The notes under the pieces were generated by a model that saw only the letters and a list, made by a program, of their open reading frames with translations, did no database searches and was not told where the DNA came from. Positions 36,580 through 46,608 of a stretch of DNA of 64,000 bases are shown piece by piece (the first letter of the stretch is position 1; every line of letters begins with the position of its first letter). Made by a program: the position numbers and the translations under genes. Source of the DNA: an uncultured delta proteobacterium (GTDB taxonomy: Bacteria > Myxococcota > Myxococcia > Myxococcales > Myxococcaceae); NCBI GenBank assembly GCA_963711265.1, contig CAVQDL010000016.1:13235-77234 (forward strand), written 5' to 3'.

Positions 36580-38223
36580 GTGAAACTGCTCCAGCCGACA
36601 CCTCCACCGTATGACCCGCTCCTCTGGGCGGAGAAGCCGCTGCCGGAGCGGGGGCGCATGGTTTGCCAGGCCTGGGCCCTGCAGGGGTACGGGACGCCCG
36701 TCGGGGCCTACGCCATCCACGCCGTGAAGGTCCTCCTCTACATCGGCGCCTGGGTCTTCTTCTGCGGCTTCACCCCGGGACTTGGAGGGCTGGCCTCCCT
36801 CTCTTCGTGGTGGCTCGCGCCGGTTGCCTTCCAGAAGGCCATTCTGTGGAGCATGCTTTTCGAGGGACTTGGCCTCGGGTGCGGAAGCGGACCCCTTACC
36901 GGCCGCTACTTCCCGCCGTTCGGCGGCTTCCTCTACTTCCTGAGGCCGGGCACCACGAAGCTGCCCCTCTTCCCTGCCCTGCCGCTGTTGGGTGGCACGC
37001 GGCGGAGTTGGCTGGACGTGGGGCTGTACGCGGCGCTCCTCGTCGCCCTGGTGCGGGCGTTGGTGGCTCCAGCGCTCACCTGGTCCCTCCTCGGCCCGGT
37101 GGTGGTGCTGGTGCCGCTCTTGGGCCTCGTCGACCGGACGCTGTTTCTCGCGCTGCGGGCCGAGCACTACTGGACGATGACGGTGTGCTTCGCCTTCGCC
37201 ACGCCGTGGATTGCCGGCGCCAAGGCGGTGCAGCTAGCGCTGTGGTTCTGGGCGGGCTTCTCGAAGCTGAATCACCACTTCCCGGCCGTCGTCTGCGTCA
37301 TGACGAGCAACAGCCCTGTCCTGCGTTTCCCATGGCTGCGCAAGCGCATGTACCAGCGCTATCCCGACGACCTCCGGCCATCCCGGCTGGCGGAGTGGAT
37401 GGCGCACGCCGGCACGGCGCTGGAGCTGGGCGTCCCCATCATCCTCCTTCTGTCGCCGGGCGGCCCGTCGCTGGTGGTGGGGATGGTGCTCATGCTGATG
37501 CTTCACCTCTACATCACCAGCAACGTGCCGATGGGCGTCCCCATCGAGTGGAACTTCATGGTGGTGTATGGAGCCTTCGCGCTCTTCTGGGCGCACCCGG
37601 ACGTCACCCTTGGTGCGTTGGGCCCGCCCTGGTTGGTCGCCTTCCTCCTCCTCATGCTGGTCGCCCTGCCCTTGGCGGGAAACCTCTTCCCGCACCGCGT
37701 CTCCTTCCTGTTGGCCATGCGCTACTACGCCGGGAACTGGGCCTACGGCGTCTGGCTGTTCCGCGGCGACAGCTACCGGAAGCTGGACAAGCTGACGAAG
37801 AGCGCGCCGTGGGTGTTTGACCAGCTGGCGCGCTTCTATGACAAGCCCACCTCGGTGGGCCTGTTTGGAAAGGTCCTCAGCTTCCGCCTCATGCATCTGC
37901 ACGGGCGCGCGCTGCCGCTGCTGCTGCCGCGCGCCGTGGAGCGCTTCGAGGACTATGAATATGTCGAGGGGGAAGTGGTGGCCGGGCTGGTGCTGGGCTG
38001 GAACTTCGGGGACGGGCACCTGCACCGCGAGGACTTGTTGCGCGCGGTGCAGGCGCAGTGCGGCTTCGAGGCGGGGGAGCTCCGCTGCATCTTCGTCGAG
38101 TCGCAACCCCTGGGCCGCTCCACCCTGGCATTCCGCATTCTGGACGCGAAGACAGGGCTCTTGGAGGCCGGCACGCTGGAGGTGGGGGAGCTGCGCCAGC
38201 GTCAGCCCTGGGCCGCGGCGTGA
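36580..38223 (+). CDS. DUF3556-like polytopic membrane protein
   Basis: 547 aa with multiple TM helices. It is translationally coupled to the downstream oxidoreductase. Confidence 0.7.
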   Translation: MKLLQPTPPPYDPLLWAEKPLPERGRMVCQAWALQGYGTPVGAYAIHAVKVLLYIGAWVFFCGFTPGLGGLASLSSWWLAPVAFQKAILWSMLFEGLGLGCGSGPLTGRYFPPFGGFLYFLRPGTTKLPLFPALPLLGGTRRSWLDVGLYAALLVALVRALVAPALTWSLLGPVVVLVPLLGLVDRTLFLALRAEHYWTMTVCFAFATPWIAGAKAVQLALWFWAGFSKLNHHFPAVVCVMTSNSPVLRFPWLRKRMYQRYPDDLRPSRLAEWMAHAGTALELGVPIILLLSPGGPSLVVGMVLMLMLHLYITSNVPMGVPIEWNFMVVYGAFALFWAHPDVTLGALGPPWLVAFLLLMLVALPLAGNLFPHRVSFLLAMRYYAGNWAYGVWLFRGDSYRKLDKLTKSAPWVFDQLARFYDKPTSVGLFGKVLSFRLMHLHGRALPLLLPRAVERFEDYEYVEGEVVAGLVLGWNFGDGHLHREDLLRAVQAQCGFEAGELRCIFVESQPLGRSTLAFRILDAKTGLLEAGTLEVGELRQRQPWAAA

Positions 38224-39662
38224 CGCCGCCGGACGTCGTCATCGTCGGCTCGGGTCCCAACGGGCTTGCAGCCGGCGTCTTCCTCGCCCGCGCCGGCGCC
38301 TCCGTCCTGCTTCTGGAGGCGAAAGCCAGCGTCGGGGGCGGGCTGCGCACGGCCGCCCTCACCCTGCCGGGCTTCGCCCACGACGTCTGCTCGGCCGTCC
38401 ACCCGATGGCCATCCTCTCCCCCTACCTGCGGCAGCTGCCACTGGACGCGCATGGCCTGCGGTGGATTCGTCCCGCGGCGTCGCTGGCCCACCCGCTGGA
38501 CGATGGGACGGCGGTGCTGTTGCCACGTTCGCTGGACGCCACCTGTGCGGAGCTGGGCGGTGACGCGGACAGTTACCGGCGGCTGGTGGCCCCCTACCTC
38601 GGCCAGCCCCAAGCCCTTCTCGAGGATGTCCTTGCCCCCCTCGGGATTCCCCACCACCCGGGACTCATGCTGCGCTTCGGGCTTCAGGGCGTTGCCTCCG
38701 CCACCAGGCTGGCCCGGCGCTTCCAGGGCGCGCGGGCGCGAGCGCTGGTGGCCGGGTGCGCCTCGCATGCCATTCTGCCGCTGGAGAAGCTACTGACCGG
38801 GGCCGTGGCCCTCCTCTTTCTCGTCACGGCGCACACCGAGGAGTGGCCGGTGGCCGCCGGCGGCTCAGAGGCCATCGCCCGGGCCCTGGCCAGCCTGCTG
38901 CGCTCTCTCGGTGCAAGCATTGAAACTGGCAGGCAAGTCCGCACGCTGGCGGACCTCCCGCCGGCGCGGGCATACCTTTTTGACACGAGTCCGGCGCAGC
39001 TGGCCGCCATTGCCTGGCCCGTCCTCCCGCACCGCTACGTGCGCCGGCTGCGCCGCTACCGCTATGGCCCGGGCGCCTTCAAGCTGGACTGGGCCCTGGA
39101 CGGCTCCATCCCCTGGAAGGACGCCCGCTGCCTGCAGGCCTCCACCGTCCACCTGGGCGGGACGCTGGAGGAGATTGCAGCCTCGGAGGCCGCCGTCTGG
39201 CGCGGCGAGCACCCGGCGCGGCCCTTCGTCCTCCTGTGCCAGCAGAGTGAGATAGACGGGACGCGGGCGCCCTCGGGCAAGCACACCGGCTGGGCCTACT
39301 GTCACGTGCCGGCCGGTTCCACGCAGGACATGACGGACGCCGTTGAGTCGCAGGTGGAGCGCTTCGCGCCGGGCTTTAGAAGCCGGATTCTGGCCCGTCA
39401 CGTCACCGCCCCGGCGGACCTCGAGCGCTACAACGCCAACTACGTGGGCGGCGCCATCACCGGTGGGGTGGCGGACATGGGCCAGCTGTTCACCCGCCCC
39501 GTGGCGCGCTTCAACCCCTACACGACGCCCCACCCGCAGCTTTTCATCTGCTCGGCCAGTAGCCCCCCGGGCGGTGGCGTGCACGGCATGTGCGGATACC
39601 ATGCCGCACGCTCGGCGCTGCAGCGGCTGCCGCACCTACGCCCCGCGGCGCTCTCGGGCTGA
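38220..39662 (+). CDS. NAD(P)/FAD-dependent oxidoreductase (phytoene desaturase/CrtI-like)
   Basis: VVIVGSGPNGLAAGVFLARAGASVLLLEAKASVGGG is a dinucleotide-binding fold. The GTG start overlaps the upstream TGA (GTGA). Confidence 0.85.
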   Translation: MTPPDVVIVGSGPNGLAAGVFLARAGASVLLLEAKASVGGGLRTAALTLPGFAHDVCSAVHPMAILSPYLRQLPLDAHGLRWIRPAASLAHPLDDGTAVLLPRSLDATCAELGGDADSYRRLVAPYLGQPQALLEDVLAPLGIPHHPGLMLRFGLQGVASATRLARRFQGARARALVAGCASHAILPLEKLLTGAVALLFLVTAHTEEWPVAAGGSEAIARALASLLRSLGASIETGRQVRTLADLPPARAYLFDTSPAQLAAIAWPVLPHRYVRRLRRYRYGPGAFKLDWALDGSIPWKDARCLQASTVHLGGTLEEIAASEAAVWRGEHPARPFVLLCQQSEIDGTRAPSGKHTGWAYCHVPAGSTQDMTDAVESQVERFAPGFRSRILARHVTAPADLERYNANYVGGAITGGVADMGQLFTRPVARFNPYTTPHPQLFICSASSPPGGGVHGMCGYHAARSALQRLPHLRPAALSG

Positions 39663-39747
39663 CGTGTCCGAGAAGACACTCCTGGATGCCAAGGCACAGG
39701 CAGGTCCCGTCCCGCCCAGCATGGAAAGCTGAGGCGGGCTTCGCCTG

Positions 39748-40113
39748 TCAGGAGCGGAGAGAGAGGGCCTCGACGTTGTTGCCGTCCGGGTCCAGAAGGA
39801 AGGCCGCGTAGTAATGCGGCCCGTAGTCCGAGCGCACGCCGGGTGCCCCGTGGACGCGGCCCCCTGCCTCCACGCCCACCCTGAAGAACCGGTCGACGGC
39901 CGAGCGTTCCGGGGCGCGAAAGGCGACGTGGATGCCCGGACCCACCGGGCCCTTGGCGAGGTACAGCCAGAAGCCAGGCTCCCCGGGCGGCCCGAAGCTG
40001 GCACTCGTCTCGTCCTGAGAGTGGAGCACGTGGCCAAGCGTCCCCAGCGCGGCCCGGTAGAAGCGGACGCTCGCCTCCAGGGACTTCACCTTCAAGCCGA
40101 TGTGGTCGTACAT
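39748..40113 (-). CDS. VOC (glyoxalase/bleomycin-resistance/dioxygenase) family protein
   Basis: 121 aa, MYDHIGLKVKSLEASVRFYRAALG...HVAFRAPERSAVDRFF...LLDPDGNNVEA. The upstream ORF-track extension is spurious. Confidence 0.8.
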   Translation of the reverse strand: MYDHIGLKVKSLEASVRFYRAALGTLGHVLHSQDETSASFGPPGEPGFWLYLAKGPVGPGIHVAFRAPERSAVDRFFRVGVEAGGRVHGAPGVRSDYGPHYYAAFLLDPDGNNVEALSLRS

Positions 40114-40338
40114 GAGGCCAAACCCCCGGACACGCCGCCTAACCCTACGCTGGACGGCCGGGCACACCCAAGGCCCCTCAGGGGCGCGTGCCACCCTTCG
40201 GGGTCCCGCGGGGGCGGAAACAGGACGGGCGCTCCACAGTACAGCCCGCATGCTGCTTGGCGTGGACGACCCGCTGCGCCACGGCCTACTGTCGCGCGCC
40301 GTTGTCGCGGTTCCATGTTCTCCACGCGAAGGTGCTCC

Positions 40339-41052
40339 ATGACGATGAGAGGGTGTCTCTTGCTGGTGGCCGTCGTCGGTGTCCTGGGTAGCAGCTCCAG
40401 CCGGGCGCAGCCGGCGGCAGCCGGCGACGGCGGCCTCGGCGAGCGCATTGCCGCCATCAAACGGTCGCTCGCGGTGAGCCAGCAGAACCTGCGCACCTAC
40501 CAGTGGATTGAGACAACGGCGGTCAGCCTCAACGGCGAGGAGAAGTCCCGCACGCAGAACACTTGCTACTACGGCGCCGACGGGAATCTGCAGAAGGTGC
40601 CGCTCTCCGCGACGCCACCGCCCGCTTCGAAGCCCGGGCTGCGTGGCAAAATCATCGCATCGAAGAAGGCCGAGCTGAGCGACACCATGAAGCAGGCGGT
40701 GGCGCTCGTGAAAACCTACGTGCCGCCGGACCCGCTCCTCCTCCAGCGGTGCAAGGACGCCGGCAAGGTGGCCATCGAGATTCTGCAGCCCGGCAAAGTC
40801 GTCCGCCTCGTCTTCCGCGACTACCGGCTCCCGGGCGACTTCCTGGCCATTTCGCTGGATGTCACCAGCAACAAGCTGCTCGGCTTCAACGTCAGTAGCT
40901 ACCTTGGCCAACCCTCCAGCCCCGTCACCATGGATGCGCAGCTCGGCTCTCTCAACGACGGCACCACCTACCCGGCCAATATTAACCTCGCCGCCAAATC
41001 GGCTGGAATCTCGGTGGCCATCACCAACTCCGGCTACCGGAAGATGAATTGA
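40339..41052 (+). CDS. secreted hypothetical protein
   Basis: The signal peptide is MTMRGCLLLVAVVGVLGSSSSRA, 237 aa. The upstream part of ORF 39814 is junk. Confidence 0.65.
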   Translation: MTMRGCLLLVAVVGVLGSSSSRAQPAAAGDGGLGERIAAIKRSLAVSQQNLRTYQWIETTAVSLNGEEKSRTQNTCYYGADGNLQKVPLSATPPPASKPGLRGKIIASKKAELSDTMKQAVALVKTYVPPDPLLLQRCKDAGKVAIEILQPGKVVRLVFRDYRLPGDFLAISLDVTSNKLLGFNVSSYLGQPSSPVTMDAQLGSLNDGTTYPANINLAAKSAGISVAITNSGYRKMN

Positions 41053-41098
41053 CGCCTGGCCGGGGCCGCAACCCTCGCCTGGCTGTCTGCACTGGCAA

Positions 41099-43381
41099 TC
41101 AGGGCGACTGCAACAGCAGGACCCAGTCCAGGGAGTTGTCTGACGTTTTCCCCGGCGGCATGAAGGTTGCGGTTCCGGTGTTGGGGAATGGGCTTCCCGA
41201 AACCGAAGCGTAGGTCCCACTGGAGGGGTCGAACCACTGGGCCCGTGTCGTGCCCGCCATTTTGGTCATGTCCACCGTGACATTCGTCGAAAATGTGAAG
41301 TACGCCAGGCCCAAGTGCCCGTCCGGGGTCACCGCCCCAAGGACGTAGTTGTCGGAACCGTCCGAGCCGAAGCCGGAGAGCAGGAGGTTCTTGTTGCCGC
41401 TCGGGTTATCGGGCACCAGGTCCATCCAGTCGAGCGGCGCGAAAAACTGGGTCGCCAGCATCGCGTTCTTGCCACCGGGGCTTCCAAGAGCTGCTTTCCA
41501 GCCGGTGTACTTGCCGTCGTTGGAATACGAATTGTATTGCTGGTTGGCGTCGGTCGACGTCCAGAAGTTCCACACCGGGTTGATGCCGAAGACGAAGCCG
41601 AATTCCCCGGACAGCATCGGCTGGTACATGTCCGACCGGAGCTGCAGCGGCGTCGAGGCGTGCTCATTCTCGTAATAGCCCTCAATCCAGAAGAGGGGGC
41701 GCACGCCGTGGTCCGCCGTGAAGCCCTGGACGGTGAACTGGTAGTTGTGTGGAGGCGATTCGACGTAGACCGTGTCGATGTCGAGCCAGCTCGGGTGCGG
41801 GGACACCCCGTACCCGGGGAAGCTCGGCTCGCCTCCCCAGTGCGCCGTCATCAGCTGGGTGCCACCCCCGGTCTTGATGCCGTTGACGATGCTCGTCACC
41901 ATGAGCAGCTCTGAGGAATTCTTCGGCGTGTAGTCACACCCGTTGACCCAGATGATGTTGGGGTACGCCGTGGCGTTGTACCGGGTGCCGATGTACGTGC
42001 CATATGCGGTGAGCCCTGCATTTCCGGTCGCCGCCATGTCGTTGAACCACCCGTCCGTCCCTGCCGGTCCTGCGTAACCCACGTATGCTGGCGCCAGCAG
42101 CACCAGCATGTTCCGGCTGAGCGCCTGCTGCAGAAACCAATCGACGTGATTGAAGTAGGCGTTGTTCGGCGTCGACATGTCATTGCAGTACGACGTCCCT
42201 TCGGTGCTGGGGCAGTTTCCGGACACGCGCCCGGTGAACGGGATGTCGCCGTTCGCATTCGCCCAGTTGGGGATGTGCGAGGTGAAGGAGTGCTCCACCA
42301 GGTTGACCAAGATGGTGTTAAAGCCGCGGCTCTGTCGGTCATTCAGGTAGGCGAGCGCATCCGCCTCGCTGAGCTGGGCGATGGCTGACCAGGCCGCATC
42401 GCCCTGCATAAGGAACGGCTTCCCCGTCGCATCGACGACGTAATTCTTGCTCGTAGCAATGCGCAACGGGAACATCCCCTGGGCGCTGACGGTGATGGCG
42501 ACGGACGCCGTCGTGCTTCCGAGAGAATTGCTCGCCGTGACGACGTAGGTCACCGTGGCAGCGGTCGCCGTAGGGACGCCACGGATGGCGCCCGTCACCG
42601 GGTTGAGGCTAAGCCCCACGGGCAGCGCGGGCGAGACGGAATAGGAGGACACGGCTCCGCCACTGCTACTCGGCAGGTTCGCCGGGATGGCCACCCCCAC
42701 TGGGTAGCTTGCGGGGTTGCTTGAATAGACGAGGTTCGTCGGCGGCCCGGTCGGCGCGCTCGGCGTCACCGGTGCCGAAGCCGCGCTTGCCGGCCCCATC
42801 CCGACTGCATTCACGGCCGATACGGTGAAGGTGTAGCTGGTCCCGTTGCTGAGGGCCGTGACCACGGCTGTCGTGCCGCTGAAGGCGATGGCCGCCCCAG
42901 AGGCCGGGGGGCTGACAGCAATGCTGTAGCCGGTGATGGGACTACCGCCCGTGGAGGTGGGCGCCACCCAGGAAAGGGACGCAGACTGGTTGTCGGCGAC
43001 AGCGAGGACGTCGGTGGGTGCGCCGGGGACGTCCGGCGTCGCGACGGGGCCACTGGCCGCAGCCGGCCCCGCCCCGACCGCGTTGGTGGCCGAAACCGAA
43101 AAAATATATGTCACGCCGTTGGCGAGACCTGTCACCGACGCCGTCGTCCCGGTGACGGTGATGACAGCGGCCGGCGTCGCTGGGGAGACGCTGATTCGGT
43201 AGGAAAGAAGGGGGCTCCCGCCATTGGAGGCGGGCGCTGTCCAAGTCAGGCTGGCAGTCCGGATGCCCACCGTCGCCGACACGCCGCTCGGCGCGCCCGG
43301 AACAGTCGAGGCCTGCGTCCCGCCACACGCGACCAAGAGGGTCATCAGGGCCGTGGCTGCAACGTGGCCGGGAATTCCCAT
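41099..43381 (-). CDS. lipoprotein with two fibronectin-III-like repeats and a C-terminal glycoside-hydrolase-like (DUF4038/GH140-type) domain
   Basis: The lipobox is LLVACGG. RBS GAGGAG sits before ATG 43381. The tandem repeats are PGAPSGVSATVG..LTWTAP and PGAPTDVLAVAD..LSWVAP. The catalytic-domain assignment is tentative. Confidence 0.7.
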   Translation of the reverse strand: MGIPGHVAATALMTLLVACGGTQASTVPGAPSGVSATVGIRTASLTWTAPASNGGSPLLSYRISVSPATPAAVITVTGTTASVTGLANGVTYIFSVSATNAVGAGPAAASGPVATPDVPGAPTDVLAVADNQSASLSWVAPTSTGGSPITGYSIAVSPPASGAAIAFSGTTAVVTALSNGTSYTFTVSAVNAVGMGPASAASAPVTPSAPTGPPTNLVYSSNPASYPVGVAIPANLPSSSGGAVSSYSVSPALPVGLSLNPVTGAIRGVPTATAATVTYVVTASNSLGSTTASVAITVSAQGMFPLRIATSKNYVVDATGKPFLMQGDAAWSAIAQLSEADALAYLNDRQSRGFNTILVNLVEHSFTSHIPNWANANGDIPFTGRVSGNCPSTEGTSYCNDMSTPNNAYFNHVDWFLQQALSRNMLVLLAPAYVGYAGPAGTDGWFNDMAATGNAGLTAYGTYIGTRYNATAYPNIIWVNGCDYTPKNSSELLMVTSIVNGIKTGGGTQLMTAHWGGEPSFPGYGVSPHPSWLDIDTVYVESPPHNYQFTVQGFTADHGVRPLFWIEGYYENEHASTPLQLRSDMYQPMLSGEFGFVFGINPVWNFWTSTDANQQYNSYSNDGKYTGWKAALGSPGGKNAMLATQFFAPLDWMDLVPDNPSGNKNLLLSGFGSDGSDNYVLGAVTPDGHLGLAYFTFSTNVTVDMTKMAGTTRAQWFDPSSGTYASVSGSPFPNTGTATFMPPGKTSDNSLDWVLLLQSP

Positions 43382-43808
43382 GACGTAACTCCTCAAACAG
43401 CCTCCACCTTCGGACTTCCCGGGTTTGCCCTCATCCTCCTATCGCATTGAGCGCCCTGCCTGGTACAGGCCGGGCACCCGTGCGCGTGGCCGGGTTGCGT
43501 TGGACCCAAGGCGCGCCGGTGGACGAAACAGCTGCACGTTGACCCGAGAAGTGAGCCTTCTTCACACCCAGCGCTGCAGATGGGTGCGTCGTCGCAAGGG
43601 AGCGATGCTTGCCTTAAATGCGAACCGATTTTTCTTGGGGCACTTCATGATCGCGGACGTGCCGGCGCAGCTGGGGGCCTAGGGTGAAGCTCACCCGCAG
43701 CGGCTAAATGCCAGGCCCACCTCTTCAACGGCGACACGAGGGGAACCAGCCGCTTGTGCGGAGGCACGGACTGGCTGCGGCCAGGCGTAAAAAGGGCTGC
43801 CGGACTTC

Positions 43809-44918
43809 ATGCCGTTAATCTGCAACTACTACGTCACGCTGCGCTGCAACCAGCGGTGCGTCTTCTGCAATATTCCGCATACCAACGCTGGCAGGCCGGA
43901 CCGCGAGCCGAGTCCCGCGCAGCTGGTGGCCAACCTGCGGGACCTCAAGCGGCTGGGCGTGCGCCTGCTCGACGTCACGGGGGGAGAGCCTCTCCTCTAT
44001 AGGCACGTCATCGGGCTACTGACGCTGGCCAAGCGAAGCCGCCTCCGGACCACCCTCACCACCAACGGCATGCTGTACCCGAAGTTTGCGAAGGCGCTGG
44101 CGGGAAAGGTTGACGCGCTCTTGTTCTCCGTCGAATCCCCGGACGCTGCCGAACACGACCGCATCCGGGCCACGCCCTCCTTCCAATTGGTGATGGAAGC
44201 CCTCCGCCTCGCGCGCCACCTGAAGCAGGACCTCTTCCTCTCGCACGTGGTGACGGATGAGTCCGTGGACCGCGTCGACGAGATGGTTCGCTTTGCAAGG
44301 CAGCAGCGGGCCATCCTCTTCCTCAACCCCTGCTTCTCCTTCTTCGGCAACGGCGGCCTCGCCCCGGAGAGGGCACAAGAACTCCACCAGTACGTCGGGC
44401 AACGGGACGTCATCGTCGACAGGGCCCAGCTTCGCCTCATCGCATCGGGCGGAAACGACCCGGCTGCACCCATCTGCCGCGCAGTGACGTCCAGCGTCGT
44501 CCTCTCGCCGGACAACCGGCTGTGGCTGCCTTGCTACCACTTCCGGCAGGCGGGCATCCCCATCGAGAACAACCTCTATGACGTTTACACCAAGCACCCG
44601 GCGGTACAGGACGCCAGGCGGACGCAAGGGACGCATGCCTTCTGCACCGGCTGCACGGTGTACTGCTACATGCGGAGCTCGCTGGGCTGGAAGTACCCCA
44701 TCGACACTGCAGCCCTGGCAGCACACTACGTCCGCGAGCGGGTGCGCCAGCGGGTGAAACGGGCACTTGGACCGCCGGAAGCGCCGCCGGCAGACCCGTC
44801 CGGAAGCGTCCACCCCGTCGTCCGTATGACGGCTGGGGCGGACCGAGCGGGCGGATGCCGGCCAGGCGCAGGAAGCGTCTCGGCGTCAGCGGTGCGGCCG
44901 CTTACCAGCGGACAATGA
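43809..44918 (+). CDS. radical SAM protein with a C-terminal SPASM/twitch-like Cys cluster
   Basis: The N-terminus is RCNQRCVFC (CxxxCxxC), then GGEPLL. The C-terminal cysteines are ...CRAVTS...PCYH...FCTGCTVYC. Confidence 0.8.
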   Translation: MPLICNYYVTLRCNQRCVFCNIPHTNAGRPDREPSPAQLVANLRDLKRLGVRLLDVTGGEPLLYRHVIGLLTLAKRSRLRTTLTTNGMLYPKFAKALAGKVDALLFSVESPDAAEHDRIRATPSFQLVMEALRLARHLKQDLFLSHVVTDESVDRVDEMVRFARQQRAILFLNPCFSFFGNGGLAPERAQELHQYVGQRDVIVDRAQLRLIASGGNDPAAPICRAVTSSVVLSPDNRLWLPCYHFRQAGIPIENNLYDVYTKHPAVQDARRTQGTHAFCTGCTVYCYMRSSLGWKYPIDTAALAAHYVRERVRQRVKRALGPPEAPPADPSGSVHPVVRMTAGADRAGGCRPGAGSVSASAVRPLTSGQ

Positions 44919-45708
44919 AGTCCGCGTAGTCGCCTTCGGCGGGTGACTGGGAGTTGTCGCCGTCCGTCATGAGGCCGAGACCAACGAAGTCCGGGACGTC
45001 CTGCAGCTTGCCTCCGTAGTGCTTGACGAACTCAGCTCTCGGGTCGACTTCGACGGTTTCCCAGACGTTGAGCGGACCGCCGGTCCGCAGAAGGATGGTG
45101 TCCCGGTCGAAAAACCACCCGCGGGACGACACGCAGGAAGTGCCAGGGGTCCCCAGGGTGCTCCACGCGTACTTGATGACCATGATTTTGATGCCTGCCT
45201 TGAAGGCGAGAAAGACGGAGGCGGCGTTGTCGGAGAAGCCCGGCCCACAGTCGTTCGAGTCCTTGGGGAGGGCGTGGACACGCCAGCGCCAGCTCACCTG
45301 CTTGACCGTGTGCCAGGCCTTGTCCGGGGTTTCCGCGTAGAGGACGACGTTTCCCAAGGGCGGGGTGTACACGCCCCGAATCATCCGGGTATCCCCTTCA
45401 CTCACCACCTCGTAGTAGTTGACCGGTCCCGAGTCCTGGGTGAAGACCTTGAACTTCTCCAGCGGAATGACCGTCTGGTGCTCGCCGATGGCTGGTGCCG
45501 GCACGGCACGGATGACGGGACCTGAGCTGCTGCCAGTGGCTGGGGCCGGCATGGCACGCATGGCGGGGGCCGACGTGCCATCAACGGCCGCAGCCGGCGT
45601 GGCACCGGTGGAGGGGGACGGGGTGCCGCCGTCGATGAGGGCGGGGCTGCCGCCATCGGCGAGGGCCGTGGCGAGGACAGCCATGAGCAAGTGACTGGCG
45701 TGGGGCAT
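44902..45708 (-). CDS. secreted DUF3047-like protein with a low-complexity Pro/Ala N-terminal region
   Basis: It has a signal peptide and repeated AMRAMPAPATGSSSGPVIRAVPAPA units, then a conserved 170-aa C-domain. Confidence 0.65.
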   Translation of the reverse strand: MPHASHLLMAVLATALADGGSPALIDGGTPSPSTGATPAAAVDGTSAPAMRAMPAPATGSSSGPVIRAVPAPAIGEHQTVIPLEKFKVFTQDSGPVNYYEVVSEGDTRMIRGVYTPPLGNVVLYAETPDKAWHTVKQVSWRWRVHALPKDSNDCGPGFSDNAASVFLAFKAGIKIMVIKYAWSTLGTPGTSCVSSRGWFFDRDTILLRTGGPLNVWETVEVDPRAEFVKHYGGKLQDVPDFVGLGLMTDGDNSQSPAEGDYADFIVRW

Positions 45709-45864
45709 GGAAAGGGGGGGGCTGACAGGGTGGGGTGAGCGGCTCTCCTAACGCGGAAGGCGCCCCGGGTCGATGGGACGTGCCGCCCAGGCCGCCTGCC
45801 TACGTGAGAGGGTTTCGGGCAGGCCCCGCAGAGGCCGGGCCTCTCCGGGGAGTGCCCGCAGCAG

Positions 45865-46410
45865 TCAACCAGGAGCGTCGAGCACGCGAAGTCGCTCGAG
45901 TTGGCGAATCGACCGGGACGGCATGCCGTCTGTCAGCACCACCAGGCGAAAGGGCCCGACGTCGGAGGTGAGCGGCTTTCCGTCGACCTCCCAGGCCAGC
46001 AGGGCCACCGTTTGGCCCATGCCCTCCGACACCTCCGCGCAGCTGAAGACGGCCTGGAAGCCGTCGCGGGCGGTGGCCACCAGCACTTGGCGGTAGCCCT
46101 TCACCTTCTGCGACAACGGGACGTCCTTCCCCATCGGCCCGGGCGTGAAGCCGAAGTGAGCCAGCACGTTGTCAACGCGGACCCCCTTCACCTGGTGGGT
46201 TTCGCCATGGGCAGTCCAAGCCAGCGTCACCGGTCCGAGCCGCTCGAGTTCAGCCACGCTGACGGTGCCCGTCTTGGGAAGCGAACCGTCCACCCGGACG
46301 GAGGGCGCCGGCGACGCCTCGAGCGCGACCGTCCCGGTGGGCAGAAGAGCCAGCCCCAGGAGGAACGACCACCGGAAGGCCCAAGGCCTACTTCGCAACC
46401 AGGACCTCAC
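45865..46410 (-). CDS. periplasmic molybdopterin-dependent-oxidoreductase-like (Oxidored_molyb domain) protein
   Basis: It has a signal peptide. GPFRLVVLTDGMPSRSIRQL resembles the sulfite-oxidase-family GPLRLVVPG...VKWL motif. Confidence 0.55.
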   Translation of the reverse strand: MRSWLRSRPWAFRWSFLLGLALLPTGTVALEASPAPSVRVDGSLPKTGTVSVAELERLGPVTLAWTAHGETHQVKGVRVDNVLAHFGFTPGPMGKDVPLSQKVKGYRQVLVATARDGFQAVFSCAEVSEGMGQTVALLAWEVDGKPLTSDVGPFRLVVLTDGMPSRSIRQLERLRVLDAPG

Positions 46411-46591
46411 TTGCCTTGATGATGACCGTCACCGCGTCCCCTGCCTTGAGGCCGAGTTTCTCCGCCGAAGCCCTGGTGATGGTGGACACCAACTCGTTCC
46501 CCCCGACATCCATGATGACTTCTGCCGTCAGTCCGTCGGTTTTCACGGACTTCACCTTTCCCTTGAGCTGGTTGCGTGCGCTGAGTTCCAT
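46388..46591 (-). CDS. mop: molybdenum-pterin-binding protein Mop (single TOBE domain molbindin)
   Basis: MELSARNQLKGKVKSVKTDGLTAEVIMDVGGNELVSTITRASAEKLGLKAGDAVTVIIKASEVLVAK is a TOBE domain. Confidence 0.8.
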   Translation of the reverse strand: MELSARNQLKGKVKSVKTDGLTAEVIMDVGGNELVSTITRASAEKLGLKAGDAVTVIIKASEVLVAK

Positions 46592-46608
46592 GTGAAGCCC
46601 TCCCACAA

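Noticed and set aside
39814-40338. N-terminal 175 codons of the 412-aa plus ORF
   Set aside because: They overlap the VOC gene antisense. The real secreted protein starts at ATG 40339 with its signal peptide.
43605-43682. 25-aa ORF (MLALNANRFFLGHFMIADVPAQLGA) as a RiPP precursor for the radical SAM enzyme
   Set aside because: It has no Cys or other typical crosslink residues, only a weak RBS, and lies 130 bp from the enzyme. It is kept only as a remark in the radical SAM finding.
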